Under the pieces are notes generated by a model. That model saw only the letters and a list, made by a program, of their open reading frames with translations. It was not told the origin of the DNA and searched no databases. DNA of 64,000 nucleotides from an uncultured delta proteobacterium (GTDB taxonomy: Bacteria; Desulfobacterota; WTBG01; CAIYCZ01): contig CAWDOY010000009.1 in assembly GCA_963803975.1 (NCBI GenBank), forward strand, positions 64,001-128,000, read 5' to 3'. Below, one piece after another: positions 18,848 to 30,390 of this stretch. Positions within the stretch are counted from its first letter, which is position 1. Each line of letters opens with the position of its first letter. Made by a program: the position numbers and the translations under genes.

Positions 18848-20344
18848 ATGGAAGAAAAGAAGGAATTTCTCAAGCAGAGAATAAAGAAGCTCCAGGATCT
18901 GCGGGATCAGGGCATCAACCCCTACCCCAATGATTTCCGGGTGCAGCACACCACGCAGGAGCTGATCGACCGGTTCGCCGGCAAAACCCCCGAGGAGGTT
19001 CAGGAGTCAGGCGCTGTCTTTGTGATCGCCGGCCGCGTCATGTCAATGCGCGACTTTGGAAAATCAACCTTCATCCATCTCCAGGACCGCAAGGGCCGCA
19101 TCCAGGCATATCTGCGCAAAGACAAGCTGGGCGCAGACACCTACCAGATGGTAAAAAAGATGGTTGATATGGGCGACTTCCTGGGGATAACCGGCACGGC
19201 GTTTGTAACCCACTCCGGGGAGCTGACCATTTTAGCTGATGCATGCACGCTCCTGAGCAAATCCCTGCAGCCGCTTCCTGAGAAATGGCACGGGCTCCAG
19301 GACATTGAGCTGCGCTACCGGCAGCGCTACCTTGACCTGATTGTTAATCCCCAGGCGCGCGCCACCTTCCAGGTGCGCAGCCGCGTTATCAACCTGATCA
19401 GGGAATTTCTCTGCCAGCGCGACTTTGTGGAAGTGGAAACCCCGATGATGCAGTCAATCCCCGGCGGCGCGACCGCGCGGCCGTTTAAAACCCATCATAA
19501 TGCTCTGGACATGGACCTGTACCTGCGGATCGCGCCCGAGCTCTATCTGAAGCGGCTGGTGGTGGGGGGATTTGAGCGCGTCTTTGAAATCAACCGCAAT
19601 TTCCGCAACGAGGGCATCTCCACCCAGCACAACCCTGAATTTACCATGCTTGAGTTCTACCAGGCCTATGCTACCTACGAAGACCTGATGGCGCTTACCG
19701 AGGAGCTGTTCTCGTTTATCAGCCTGCAGCTCTTTGGCACCGGCAAAATTACCTGCCAGGGTATTGAGATAGATTTCACCCCGCCCTGGGCCAGAATGAC
19801 GCTCAAGGAGGCAGCTGCCCGCTACGGCTCCATAGACGCTCGTGATCTTGATGACCGGGAAAAGGCTGTTGTCCACGCACAGCGGCTCGGCGTTGCGCTT
19901 AACGGGGATGAGCCGCTGGGAGAAATCGTGACCGGGATTTTTGAGCAGGTGGCAGAAGAACAGCTGGTGCAGCCGACCTTTATCACCCAGTATCCGCTTG
20001 AAGTATCGCCGCTGGCACGAAAGAACGAGGCCAACCCGCAGGTGACCGACCGCTTTGAGCTCTATATCATGGGGCGGGAAATCGCCAATGCCTTCTCTGA
20101 GCTGAATGACCCTGAAGACCAGCGCCGGCGTTTCACGGAGCAGGCGCAGGCCAAGCAGAAGGTGGAGGGACAGGTCACTGAAATCGACGAAGACTATATC
20201 TGCGCGCTGGAGCACGGCATGCCGCCGGCTGCCGGTGAAGGCATCGGCATTGACCGGCTGGTCATGCTGCTGACTGATTCGCCGTCAATCCGGGATGTGA
20301 TACTGTTCCCGCTGCTGCGCGCTGAAAAGCAACAGGAAACGTAA
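18848..20344 (+). CDS. lysS: Lysine--tRNA ligase (class II)
   Basis: PLPEKWHGL, RYRQRY, EVETPMM, FRNEG, HNPEF, GMPP..G.GIGIDRL. Confidence 0.98.
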   Translation: MEEKKEFLKQRIKKLQDLRDQGINPYPNDFRVQHTTQELIDRFAGKTPEEVQESGAVFVIAGRVMSMRDFGKSTFIHLQDRKGRIQAYLRKDKLGADTYQMVKKMVDMGDFLGITGTAFVTHSGELTILADACTLLSKSLQPLPEKWHGLQDIELRYRQRYLDLIVNPQARATFQVRSRVINLIREFLCQRDFVEVETPMMQSIPGGATARPFKTHHNALDMDLYLRIAPELYLKRLVVGGFERVFEINRNFRNEGISTQHNPEFTMLEFYQAYATYEDLMALTEELFSFISLQLFGTGKITCQGIEIDFTPPWARMTLKEAAARYGSIDARDLDDREKAVVHAQRLGVALNGDEPLGEIVTGIFEQVAEEQLVQPTFITQYPLEVSPLARKNEANPQVTDRFELYIMGREIANAFSELNDPEDQRRRFTEQAQAKQKVEGQVTEIDEDYICALEHGMPPAAGEGIGIDRLVMLLTDSPSIRDVILFPLLRAEKQQET

Positions 20345-20347
20345 AAG

Positions 20348-21589
20348 ATGCGCTATGAACTGTATATCGGCCTGCGCTACCTCAGGGCCAAGCGCCGGCA
20401 GACCTTTATATCAATCATTACCCTGATCTCCATCTCCGGCGTTGCCATCGGCGTGATGGCGCTCATCCTGGTGCTCGGGGTTATGACCGGCTTCACCGAT
20501 GACCTGCGGGAAAAGATTCTCGGGACCAACTCGCACCTGGTTATCTCCAAATTCGGCGCCAACCTGAATGACTACCGGCAGGTCATGGAAAAAATCCGCG
20601 GCTGCCCCGGCGTGGTGGCCTCAACCCCGTTTATCCTGTTCCAGGGGATGCTCTCTTCCGGCACCAATGTCTCGGGAGTGGTGCTGCGCGGCATTGACGC
20701 TGCCACCGCCCCTGCGGTCATCAGGATACAAGAAACCCTGGTTGAAGGAAGGCTCGATCAGCTGGAAAAAGAGCAGCCCTCTTCTGACGGCAGCAAGCTG
20801 CCGGGAATCATTATCGGAAAAGAGCTGTCAAAGCTGCTCGGGGTCGGCCTGGGAGAGCCGCTCACGGTTATCTCCCCCTCGGGGCTTATCAGCCCCAGCG
20901 GCCTCATGCCCCGCTGGAAAAAGTTTTTTGTCGTGGGCATCTTTGAATCAGGCATGTATGAATATGACACCACCCTCGCCTACATATCCATGAAGAACGC
21001 CCAGAGCTTTCTGAAAATGGCTGACGAGGCGACCGGGGTGGAAGTGAAGGTCTCTGATATTTATCAGGTGAAAACTTTTGCTGATGCAATCAGGAACAAA
21101 ATAGGGCTTTCATACCTGGTGCGGGACTGGATGGAGATGCACCGCAACCTCTACTCGGCGCTGAAGCTTGAAAAGACCGCCATGTCCATCATTTTAATTC
21201 TCATCATCCTGGTGGCTGCATTTAATATCATTGGCACGCTTATCATGGTGGTGCATGACAAGAACCGGGATATCGCCATATTGAAATCCATGGGAGCGAC
21301 CTCTGCCGCCGTCATGCGCATCTTTGTCATTCAGGGCCTGATAATCGGCGTGTTTGGCACTGCCCTCGGCCTTACCGGAGGGTATCTTCTGGCATTCCTC
21401 CAGAACCATTACCATATCGTGGGCCTGTCTCAGGATATTTACTACATACCGAACCTGACGGTTAAGACCAGCTTCATTGATACCCTCTGGGTTTCTTTAG
21501 CAGCGGTTCTGATAACCTTTCTGGCAACCATTTATCCGTCACGGCAGGCAGCGCGCCTGGACCCTGCAGAGGCGCTCAGGTATGAATAG
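20348..21589 (+). CDS. lolC: Lipoprotein-releasing ABC permease LolC/E
   Basis: IGLRYLRAKRR, AAFNII, DIAILKSMGA, YPSRQAARLDP..ALRYE. Confidence 0.93.
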   Translation: MRYELYIGLRYLRAKRRQTFISIITLISISGVAIGVMALILVLGVMTGFTDDLREKILGTNSHLVISKFGANLNDYRQVMEKIRGCPGVVASTPFILFQGMLSSGTNVSGVVLRGIDAATAPAVIRIQETLVEGRLDQLEKEQPSSDGSKLPGIIIGKELSKLLGVGLGEPLTVISPSGLISPSGLMPRWKKFFVVGIFESGMYEYDTTLAYISMKNAQSFLKMADEATGVEVKVSDIYQVKTFADAIRNKIGLSYLVRDWMEMHRNLYSALKLEKTAMSIILILIILVAAFNIIGTLIMVVHDKNRDIAILKSMGATSAAVMRIFVIQGLIIGVFGTALGLTGGYLLAFLQNHYHIVGLSQDIYYIPNLTVKTSFIDTLWVSLAAVLITFLATIYPSRQAARLDPAEALRYE

Positions 21590-22295
21590 GGCGGCGGCAG
21601 GAGGCGGGGACTATATCCTCCAGGTCAAAAACCTGGACAAAAGCTATTTCAGCAACCAGAAAAAAACTGATGTTTTGAAAGAGGTTGCGCTTGAGGTGCG
21701 GCGGGGAGAGGCCCTTGCTATCGTCGGCCCCTCGGGTGTGGGAAAGAGCACCCTGCTGCACATTCTGGGGACCATTGACCGGCCCACGGCCGGTCACGTG
21801 TACTATGATGGAATAGATATTTTTGCCATGCCGGAAGAGGCGCTGGCGGGGTTTCGCAATAAAAGGCTTGGCTTCATCTTTCAGTTCCATCACCTGCTGC
21901 CTGAGTTCAGTGCTCTGGAAAATGCCGCCATGCCTGCGCTTATCAGCGGCCTTGACCGGAAAACAGCTGAAAACCGCGCGCGGGAGATACTTTCCCGGCT
22001 CGGCCTTGAAGAGCGGCTGACGCACAAGCCCGGGGAGATGTCCGGCGGCGAGCAGCAGCGGGTGGCTGTGGCCCGGGCGCTCATCATGAAACCGGACGTG
22101 GTCCTTGCAGATGAACCGACCGGCAACCTGGACACCCACACCGGGGAGGAAGTATTTAATTTGATACTTGAATTAAACGCCGAACTTGGGATAACATTCA
22201 TTATTGTGACACATAATGAAAACCTGTCAAAAAAGATGCAGCGCTGCATCACCCTGCTCGATGGCCAGGTTGTAGAAAAATCGCCTTCAGCTTAA
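21582..22295 (+). CDS. lolD: Lipoprotein-releasing ABC ATPase
   Basis: GPSGVGKS, GFIFQFHHLL, SGGEQQR, ADEPTGNLD. Confidence 0.95.
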   Translation: MNRAAAGGGDYILQVKNLDKSYFSNQKKTDVLKEVALEVRRGEALAIVGPSGVGKSTLLHILGTIDRPTAGHVYYDGIDIFAMPEEALAGFRNKRLGFIFQFHHLLPEFSALENAAMPALISGLDRKTAENRAREILSRLGLEERLTHKPGEMSGGEQQRVAVARALIMKPDVVLADEPTGNLDTHTGEEVFNLILELNAELGITFIIVTHNENLSKKMQRCITLLDGQVVEKSPSA

Positions 22296-22310
22296 AAGGA
22301 ATTTTATCAG

Positions 22311-25107
22311 GTGAAATGTTTGCAGATTTTAAAAAGAATATCGGGCGGCCTTTTGATCGGCATGCTGGCAGTGTGCGCCGTGCCCCCTGCTGCGCTCTCA
22401 GCGGTCAGGGTTGCGATCCTGCCGTTTGCAATCAACGCTGAAGAAAATCTCAGCTACCTGCAGCAGGCAATTCCCCAGATGCTTGCCACGCGGCTGGAAA
22501 GCCGGGGAGACATCTCGACCGTGGAAAAGGCGCTGCTGCTGCAGCATACGGCCCGGCTGGGAGAGAGAAAAATTGAGGAAGGGACGGCCAAACGCATCGG
22601 AGCAGAGCTGGGCGCAGATTTTGTTGTCATGGGCAGCCTCAGCAAAATCGGCAGCCAGGTGACTATTGACGCCACGCTCATTAACACCCGGGACCAGGTG
22701 CCGGTGCAGAGACTTGCGAGCACCACGGAAGGGCTCAGCGGCATACCCGCAAAAGTAAAAGAGCTTGCCAACTCCCTCTATTACAGGATTTCAGGCAAGC
22801 AGGCAGTTACCAAAATTATCATTACCGGCAACAAATATATCGAGCAGGACGCCATCATGCTCTCCATATTGACCAAGCCGGGTGATATGTACTCACCGGA
22901 ACAGCTCCAGGAAGATCTGAAGCGCATCTACAAGCTGGGCTACTTTGAAGACGTTACCGTGTCCAGCGCTGACAGTGACGAGGGAAAAGAGGTAACCTTC
23001 CAGGTCGTAGAGCGGCCGACCATCAAGGAAATCCAGATTCAGGGCAACAAAAGCGTCAAGCTTGAAGACATGCAAAAGGTTATGGAGACTAAAATCAGGA
23101 CCGTGCTTGATCTCAACAAGGTGACCGGCGATGTGTCCCGGATCAGGAAGCTCTATACTGACAAGGGGTTCTATAATGTGAGCATATTTTATAAGCTCAA
23201 AGCCATCTCAAGCGAGGAAACCGGGGTGGTGTTCCAGATTGCCGAGGGCAAAACAAGCAAGGTTAAGAAAGTCATCTTTACCGGGAATAAGGCCATCCCC
23301 TCCAAGGCGCTGAAAAAAATAATGGCCACGCGGGAAAAGAACATCCTCTCCTTCATTACCAGCGCCGGCATGTACAAAGAGGATGATCTGGAAAAGGATG
23401 TAGACCGCGTCATGGGCTACTACTACGGCCATGGCTACCTTCAGGTAAAGGTTGACCGGCCCGCGGTGGACTTTAAAGAGGACGGCATTTATATTACCTT
23501 CAACGTGTTTGAAGGCAACCAGTTCACCATCGGCAGCGTCGACATGCAGGGGGATTTGATCCGCGACAAGGCCTTCTTCCTCTCGAAAATAAAATCAACG
23601 CCGGGGAAAGTTTTTAACAGCACCGTACTGAATGATGACCTGCTGGTAATCAAAGGGCGTTTATTCTGTGGAGGGATACGCTTTTGCCGATGTCACACCG
23701 CTCACTGATATCAAGCAGGAAGAGAAAAAGGTGAATCTCACCTACAGCGTTGAAAAGGGAGAAAAAACCTATCTGGAAAAGATTAAAATCACCGGCAATA
23801 CCCGGACCCGCGATAATGTCATCCGCCGCGAGCTGCGCCTCACGGAAGGTTCTATCTATAATTCCAAGGAGCTCGATCGCAGCAAACAGGAAGTGAACAA
23901 TCTGGGGTTTTTCGAGGAAGTCAAGCTCAACCCTGAGCCGGGCAGCGCTCCCAACAAGGTTAACCTCAACGTGGAAGTAAAAGAGCGGCCGACCGGCTCC
24001 TTCAGCATCGGCGCGGGCTACAGCTCGGCTGACAGCATCATGGGCATGTTCCAGATATCCCAGAACAACTTCCGGGGCAAGGGCCAGCAGCTTTCCCTCA
24101 TGGCAAATATCGGCGGCCGCTCTTCCCGCTATGATATTTCTTTTACCGAACCCTGGTGGCGCGGCACCAGGACCTCGGTCGGTTTTGACCTGTACAATAC
24201 GTCCCGCTGGTACGAGGATTTCGAGCAGAGCTCAATCGGGCTTAATCTTCGCATGGGTAAACCTCTTGAGCGCTTTGATTATACCCGCGTGAACTACTCC
24301 TACCGTTTTGAGCAGGTGGATATTAGTAACGTGGATAATGATGCATCCCTTGCCATCCAGGAGCAGGAGGGCACCAGCACCACCGGGGCGGTTACCGGCA
24401 CCATAGTGCGCGATTCCCGGGATGACCGCTTTATAACCCGCAAGGGCTCCTTTCACAGCTTTACCGCAGAGATGGCAGGCATTGCCGGATCGAACAAGTT
24501 CGTGGGACTGATAGCCAGCTCCGCCAAGTACATTCCCTGGCGCTGGGATACGGTGTTTATGGTGAGGGGAACCGTGGGGTACCTGTTCGGCTATGGCGGC
24601 AAGGATGTCCCCCTCTCAGATAAGTTTTTCCTCGGAGGCCTTGACTCCATGCGCGGTTTCGAGGCCCGGACCCTGGGCCCGAAGAAAAAGCGACCCGAAA
24701 AAAAAGGTCTTATCTATGTAGAGAACGGTAAACCCTATATAAACGAAGACTATGACAGGAATGATAACTATAATGATAACTATTATAATAATGACTATTA
24801 TTACTATGACGACAATAAGGACTATGACACGGTGGGCGGCTGCAAGGAGATATTTTTCAACTTCGAATACCAGTTCCCCATCATGAAGGAAGCGGGTATC
24901 CGCGGCGTCGTATTTACCGATATTGGCAATGCGTACCGGCAGAGCGAGGGGTATCTTTCAGACCTGCGCTATGATTTCGGCGTCGGCGTCAGGTGGTTTT
25001 CGCCCTTTGGCCCGCTGCGCGTCGAGTGGGGCATAAACCCGTCCCCGATATCCAAGTATGATGAGAAGTCGAGCAACTTTGAGTTTTCCATGGGAAATAC
25101 CTTTTAA
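22311..25107 (+). CDS. bamA: Outer membrane protein assembly factor BamA with extra N-terminal domain (frameshift near 23660)
   Basis: POTRA repeats, GNTRTRD.VIRRE, VKERPTG, MRGF, SPFGPLR, terminal F. Confidence 0.92.
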
Positions 25108-25133
25108 CCCAGCAACAGGAGGATCAACGCATC

Positions 25134-25667
25134 ATGAAAAAAGCTACGGTAGTATTGGCAGCTCTGGTCATAACAGCATTCACCCTTGCCAGTGCAGGTG
25201 CATCCGACCTGAAGATCGGGTACGTGGACCTGCAGAAGGCCCTGAATGAAAGCACGGTAGGCAAAAAAGCCAAGGAAAAGTTTACGGCGGAAGTGAAGAA
25301 AGCAGAGTCTGAAATTACCCGCAAAAAAGAAGAGCTGGAACGGCTCGGCGGCTCACTGGAAAAACAGGGCTCCATGCTCAAGGATGACGTAAAAGCGGAA
25401 AAGGAAAAAGAATTTATCCAGATGCAGAAGGAATACGAGCGTAAGGTCAAGGACTACAAGGATGAGCTGCAGATCAAGGACGCACAGCTCACCCGGGGCA
25501 TACTTTCCGATCTGGTTGACATTATTAAAAAGTACGGTAAAGAAAATAGCTATACCATCGTCTTTGAGCGGAGTGAAACCGTGCTCCTCTATGCAACAGA
25601 TGGTCTGGATATCACCGACAAAATTATTTCGATATACGACTCCCAGGGCTCGTCCAAGAAAAAATAG
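25134..25667 (+). CDS. skp: OmpH/Skp chaperone
   Basis: [11 protein letters not shown], coiled coil, LYA...DIT; located between bamA and lpxD. Confidence 0.92.
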   Translation: MKKATVVLAALVITAFTLASAGASDLKIGYVDLQKALNESTVGKKAKEKFTAEVKKAESEITRKKEELERLGGSLEKQGSMLKDDVKAEKEKEFIQMQKEYERKVKDYKDELQIKDAQLTRGILSDLVDIIKKYGKENSYTIVFERSETVLLYATDGLDITDKIISIYDSQGSSKKK

Positions 25668-25687
25668 CGCGTACGCAGGGGGCATCA

Positions 25688-26731
25688 ATGGAAAAATCCC
25701 TGAAGGAACTTGCCGAGCTGGTCGGCGCAGAGGTGGCCGGCGACGGCTCGGTGCTCATCAGCGGGGTGGCAGGTATAGAGGCTGCCGGGGCCGGCCATAT
25801 AAGCTTTATTGCCAACCCTAAGTATCTCAGTAAAGGGGCAGCCACCGGGGCCTCGGCAATTATCTGCAGTCCTGAAGTCGCCATTGCTGGTAAGCCGCTT
25901 CTGAAAATTGCCAACCCCTACCTCGCCTATGCGAAAATTGTACGCCTTTTTCATCCGCGGCCGCAGCAGAGCGGCGTTATAGATGAGCGGGCGATCGTCG
26001 GCACGGGCGTCCGGCTTGGCCGGAAGGTAACCCTGTATCCGTTTGTGGTGATTGGCGATGGCTGCGTTCTTGAGGACGGGGTCACCATTTACCCCCACTG
26101 CTTTCTGGGAAATAATGTTACGGTTGGGGAACAAACGCTCATCTACCCCAACGTGACGGTTCGCGAGCGCTGTATCATCGGCAAGCGGGTTATTATCCAT
26201 CCGGGGACCGTGATCGGCAGCGACGGGTTCGGCTTTGCCAAAGATGGCGCAGAATATTACAAAATACCCCAGGTGGGCATAGTCCAGATTGATGATGATG
26301 TGGAAATCGGCGCCGGCAATACCATTGACCGGGCAGCCATGGGCAGGACCTGGCTCCAGCGGGGAGTTAAAACCGACAATCTGGTGCACATCGCCCATAA
26401 TGTCACGGTCGGGGAAGACTCGATTCTGGTGGCACAGGTGGGAGTTTCCGGGAGCACCAGCATTGGCAAGCGCGTAACGCTTGCCGGCCAGGTGGGTGTG
26501 GTGGGGCATATCACCATCGGCGATGATGCCATTGCGGGAGCAAAAACCGGGATATCCGGCAATGTCCCGGCCCGGCAGGTGGTGTCAGGCTACCCGCACA
26601 TGCCGCACCGCGACTGGCTGAAATCCTCGCGCACCATTCCCAAACTGCCGGAAATGAGGATGACCTTGAAAAAGCTGGAAGATAAAGTAGAGCGCCTTGA
26701 ATCCATGCTGCAAGAGCTCAAAGGGAGATGA
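25688..26731 (+). CDS. lpxD: UDP-3-O-acyl-glucosamine N-acyltransferase
   Basis: Hexapeptide repeats, [24 protein letters not shown]. Confidence 0.96.
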   Translation: MEKSLKELAELVGAEVAGDGSVLISGVAGIEAAGAGHISFIANPKYLSKGAATGASAIICSPEVAIAGKPLLKIANPYLAYAKIVRLFHPRPQQSGVIDERAIVGTGVRLGRKVTLYPFVVIGDGCVLEDGVTIYPHCFLGNNVTVGEQTLIYPNVTVRERCIIGKRVIIHPGTVIGSDGFGFAKDGAEYYKIPQVGIVQIDDDVEIGAGNTIDRAAMGRTWLQRGVKTDNLVHIAHNVTVGEDSILVAQVGVSGSTSIGKRVTLAGQVGVVGHITIGDDAIAGAKTGISGNVPARQVVSGYPHMPHRDWLKSSRTIPKLPEMRMTLKKLEDKVERLESMLQELKGR

Positions 26732-26735
26732 TTAC

Positions 26736-27209
26736 GTGTTAGACATTAAGGAAATAATGGAATACCTCCCGCACCGCTATCCGTTTCTCTTAATTGACCG
26801 GGTTCTGGAACTGGAGCCAAACAAGCGCATCGTTGCCATTAAAAATGTAACGATTAATGAACCGTTCTTTCAGGGCCATTTCCCCGGCCAGCCCATTATG
26901 CCGGGCGTGCTGCTCATCGAAGCAATGGCCCAGGCCTGGGGGGTGCTGGCTATACGCTCAACCGGGCAAAAGGTAAAGAGTGCGGATGTACTGTTTATTG
27001 GCATCGACAAGGCCCGGTTTCGGCGGCCGGTCCTCCCGGGAGACCAGGTGCGCTTTGAGCTGGAAAGCATAGGCCTCAAACGCCAGATCTGGAAATTTCG
27101 CGGCAGGGCCCTGGTGGACGGGAACCTCGTGGCCGAAGCAGAACTTATGGCTACCATGGCTGCTACGCATATAGTGAAGGAAGAAAGCGCTCCAGGGGAG
27201 CCGGAGTAG
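26736..27209 (+). CDS. fabZ: 3-hydroxyacyl-ACP dehydratase
   Basis: [34 protein letters not shown] start inferred. Confidence 0.96.
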   Translation: MLDIKEIMEYLPHRYPFLLIDRVLELEPNKRIVAIKNVTINEPFFQGHFPGQPIMPGVLLIEAMAQAWGVLAIRSTGQKVKSADVLFIGIDKARFRRPVLPGDQVRFELESIGLKRQIWKFRGRALVDGNLVAEAELMATMAATHIVKEESAPGEPE

Positions 27210-27264
27210 CAACAGCACGGTGGTTACGTGTTTGCAGAGCACCGTTAATGAGACCTGAAGACCG

Positions 27265-28059
27265 ATGACACAGAAAAAACAGAGCACCATACATCAAACT
27301 GCCATCGTCAGCAAAAGCGCTGAAATCGGCGCTGGTGTTGAGATCGGGGCCTATACCCTGATCGGCGATGAGGTCCGGATTGGCAACGACACCACTGTGG
27401 GGTCCCATGTGGTGATTGAAAAGTTTACCACCATTGGCGAGCGGTGCAGAATTTTTCAGTTCTGCTCCATCGGTGAAATTCCCCAGGACCTGAAGTTCAA
27501 GGCGGATGCCCGGACCGAGCTCGTAATCGGCAATGACAATACCTTCCGCGAGTTTGTGACTATTAACCGGGGAACTCCCGGCGGCGGCGGCAAAACAGTT
27601 CTCGGAAATAATATTTTCCTCATGGCCTACGCCCATGTGGCCCATGACTGTAGGATTGGAAATCAGGTTATCATAGCAAACTCAGCAAGCCTTGCCGGCC
27701 ACATCCATATCGAGGACTGTGCCATCCTCGGCGGGCTGGTCGGCGTGCACCAGTTTGTCCATATCGGCTCCTATGCAATGATCGGCGGACTGACCGGGGT
27801 ATCAAAAGATGTGCCCCCGTACATGATGGCGGTCGGCGAGCGCGCCAAGCTCTATGGTATCAACCTCACCGGACTGAAGCGGCGCGGGTTTTCTGAGGAT
27901 TCTATCAGGGAGCTGAAAACAGCCTATAGGATTATTTTTCGCTCAGGGCTTACCCTCAGCAAAGCATTTGAAAAGATTGCGGAAGAAAACCTCACCACCC
28001 CCGAAGTCCAGCACCTTGTTTCCTTTATCAAAAATTCAGAGCGGGGTATCATCCGGTAG
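27265..28059 (+). CDS. lpxA: UDP-N-acetylglucosamine acyltransferase
   Basis: PQDLKF, REFVTI.RGT, HVAHDC, VHQF, N..GLKRRGF. Confidence 0.96.
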   Translation: MTQKKQSTIHQTAIVSKSAEIGAGVEIGAYTLIGDEVRIGNDTTVGSHVVIEKFTTIGERCRIFQFCSIGEIPQDLKFKADARTELVIGNDNTFREFVTINRGTPGGGGKTVLGNNIFLMAYAHVAHDCRIGNQVIIANSASLAGHIHIEDCAILGGLVGVHQFVHIGSYAMIGGLTGVSKDVPPYMMAVGERAKLYGINLTGLKRRGFSEDSIRELKTAYRIIFRSGLTLSKAFEKIAEENLTTPEVQHLVSFIKNSERGIIR

Positions 28060-29013
28060 ATGGCGGCAATAAAAGCCGGCGTCATCGGCGTCGGCTATCT
28101 GGGTAAATTTCATGCTGAAAAGTACGCCAACTCACCCGACGCAGAGCTGGTCGGCGTGGTGGATACGGATCAGGACCGCAGCCGTGAGATAGCAGCGCGC
28201 TACGGCGTGCAGGCCTGCACTGACTACCGGGACCTGTTCGGCAGGGTTCAGGCGGTGAGCATCGTCGTTCCGACCCCGCTGCACCATGCTATAGCGCGGG
28301 AGTGTCTGCAGCAGGGGATTGACGTGCTCCTGGAAAAGCCCATGACCACAACCCTTGCCGAGGCGGATGAGCTGATCGAGATTGCCCGGTCAAAACAGCT
28401 CGTACTGCAGGTTGGTCACCTTGAGCGCTTTAACGCAGCCCTGCTCGCCATCAAGGATGTTCTGAAAAAGCCGCTGTTTATCGAGTCGCACCGCATTGCG
28501 CCGTTTAAGGAGCGCGGCATAGAGGTTGATGTTATCCTTGATCTCATGATTCACGATATCGACATTATTTTAAACCTGGTTAATGCGCCGGTCACGCACA
28601 TCAATGCCGTCGGGGTTCCCATCCTGACCTCAAAAAACGACATCGCTAATGTCCGGCTGCAGTTTGCCACCGGCTGTATTGCCAATGTGACGGCAAGCAG
28701 GATATCTGTCAAGGAGATGCGAAAAATCCGCCTCTTTCAGAATGATGCCTACCTGTCAATAGACTTTGCCGCCCAGGCAGTGGAGGTGTTCAGAAAACTG
28801 CCCAGCGCAGAAAGCGACGGCATGCCGAACATTACCTATGACCGGATTGAGATTGAGCAGGGAGACTCGCTGGAGCAGGAAATAAAAGCGTTTCTCAAGG
28901 CGGTGCGCAACCGCGAGCAGCCGGAAGTTCCCGGCGAGGCCGGGCGCAACGCCCTCAAAGTCGCGCTCGAGATTGTTGAGCAGATACAGGCCAGCCAGGC
29001 TGCCATTAACTAA
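28060..29013 (+). CDS. Gfo/Idh/MocA oxidoreductase, GnnA-like
   Basis: GVIGVGYLG.FHA, LLEKP, QVGHLERFN, DVILDLMIHDID; located between lpxA and lpxB. Confidence 0.85.
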   Translation: MAAIKAGVIGVGYLGKFHAEKYANSPDAELVGVVDTDQDRSREIAARYGVQACTDYRDLFGRVQAVSIVVPTPLHHAIARECLQQGIDVLLEKPMTTTLAEADELIEIARSKQLVLQVGHLERFNAALLAIKDVLKKPLFIESHRIAPFKERGIEVDVILDLMIHDIDIILNLVNAPVTHINAVGVPILTSKNDIANVRLQFATGCIANVTASRISVKEMRKIRLFQNDAYLSIDFAAQAVEVFRKLPSAESDGMPNITYDRIEIEQGDSLEQEIKAFLKAVRNREQPEVPGEAGRNALKVALEIVEQIQASQAAIN

Positions 29014-29134
29014 ATCATTGCTGCGAGTGCTATAATCAGCTATTGTAAAACCTTAGCTTACGGGCTATGGTTTTTTTGTTTTTCAGGATACTATCATTAC
29101 CCCTGAAACAGATTTTCATTGCAGTTAATCGGAA

Positions 29135-30329
29135 ATGTCTCAAACCACTTCCCCCGGCACCATAGCGGCTGGTTCCAAAAAGATTCTCCTGGTTGCGGGA
29201 GAGGCTTCCGCTGACCTCCATGGTTCGCATGTGGTGCGTGAGCTGAAAAGGATTGATCCCTCAGTTCATCTGTACGGCATCGGTGGCGACGAGCTGCGCC
29301 GGGCAGGCATGGAGATTCTTTTTGATGCCCGGGACCTTTCTGTGGTAGGGATTGTTGAGGTCGTCTCCCGCCTGCCGCACATCAGAAAGGTCTTCAATAC
29401 GCTCAAGCAGCAGATTGAAGAGGCGCCGCCGGGGCTTCTTAATCCTGCTTGATTACCCGGACTTTAACCTGCGCCTGGCTGCAGTTGCGAAAAAGCATAA
29501 GGTGCCGGTTCTCTACTATATCAGCCCGCAGATCTGGGCGTGGCGGCAGGGGCGGGTAAAAAAGATCGCGCGTATTGTGGACCAGATGGCAGTGGTCTTC
29601 CCGTTTGAGGTGCCGCTGTATGAAAAAGAAGGGGTGCCGGTGCAGTTTGTCGGCCACCCCCTGCTGGATCGGGAAATCCCGGCGTTTGACAGTGCCGGCA
29701 GCCTGGAGGCGTTTGGCATGAAACCGGGCTGGCCGGTGATCGGCCTGCTGCCGGGAAGCAGGAAATCTGAAATCGAGCGGCTGCTGCCGGTTATGCTTGC
29801 TGCAGCACAACGCATCCAAAAAGAGTACCCGATGGCGCAGTTTATCATCCCGGTTGCTCCCGGCATCCGCAGAGAAGAAATAGCAACATGGGTTGCGCAG
29901 AAAAATGTTCCGGTCACAGTGGTGGAAAACCAGCTCCACCGGGCCCTGCAGGTCTGCAGCCTGGTGCTGGTGGCATCGGGCACCGCAACCCTTGAAACAG
30001 CGCTGATGAAAAAACCGATGATCATCCTGTATAAGATTTCTTTTCTTACCTATCTTATCGGGCGCCTCATGATCCGCGTGCCCTGCATCGGGCTGGCAAA
30101 TATAGTTGCCGGCACGCAGGTGGTGCCGGAGCTGATCCAGGCAGATGCATCAGCGCAGCGCATTGCCGGGGAAGCCCTGGCCCTGCTTAAGAGCCCTGAG
30201 CGCCTGGCTGCCATGGAAAGGGACCTGGGGCGGATCCGGGAACGGCTCGGCGCACCGGGAGCATCGGCACGGGTGGCCCGCATTGCCTATGACATGCTCA
30301 GTAAAGGCCATAATGCAGTTAGGCGTTAA
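29135..30329 (+). CDS. lpxB: Lipid-A-disaccharide synthase (frameshift near 29435)
   Basis: VAGEASAD, DYPDFN, YISPQIWAWR, FVGHPL, LPGSR, SGTATLE. Confidence 0.93.
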
Positions 30330-30380
30330 GCTTTCAGCAAAAACAACTTGAGCTGAACGCTGACTGGCTGAACGCTGAAC
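30315..30380. repeat. Inverted 7-nt repeat array (GCTGAAC-type) at the lpxB/msbA junction
   Basis: gcgttaa/gctttca/gc, then gctgaac/gctgact/gctgaac/gctgaac. Confidence 0.7.
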
Positions 30381-30390
30381 ATCATATAGT

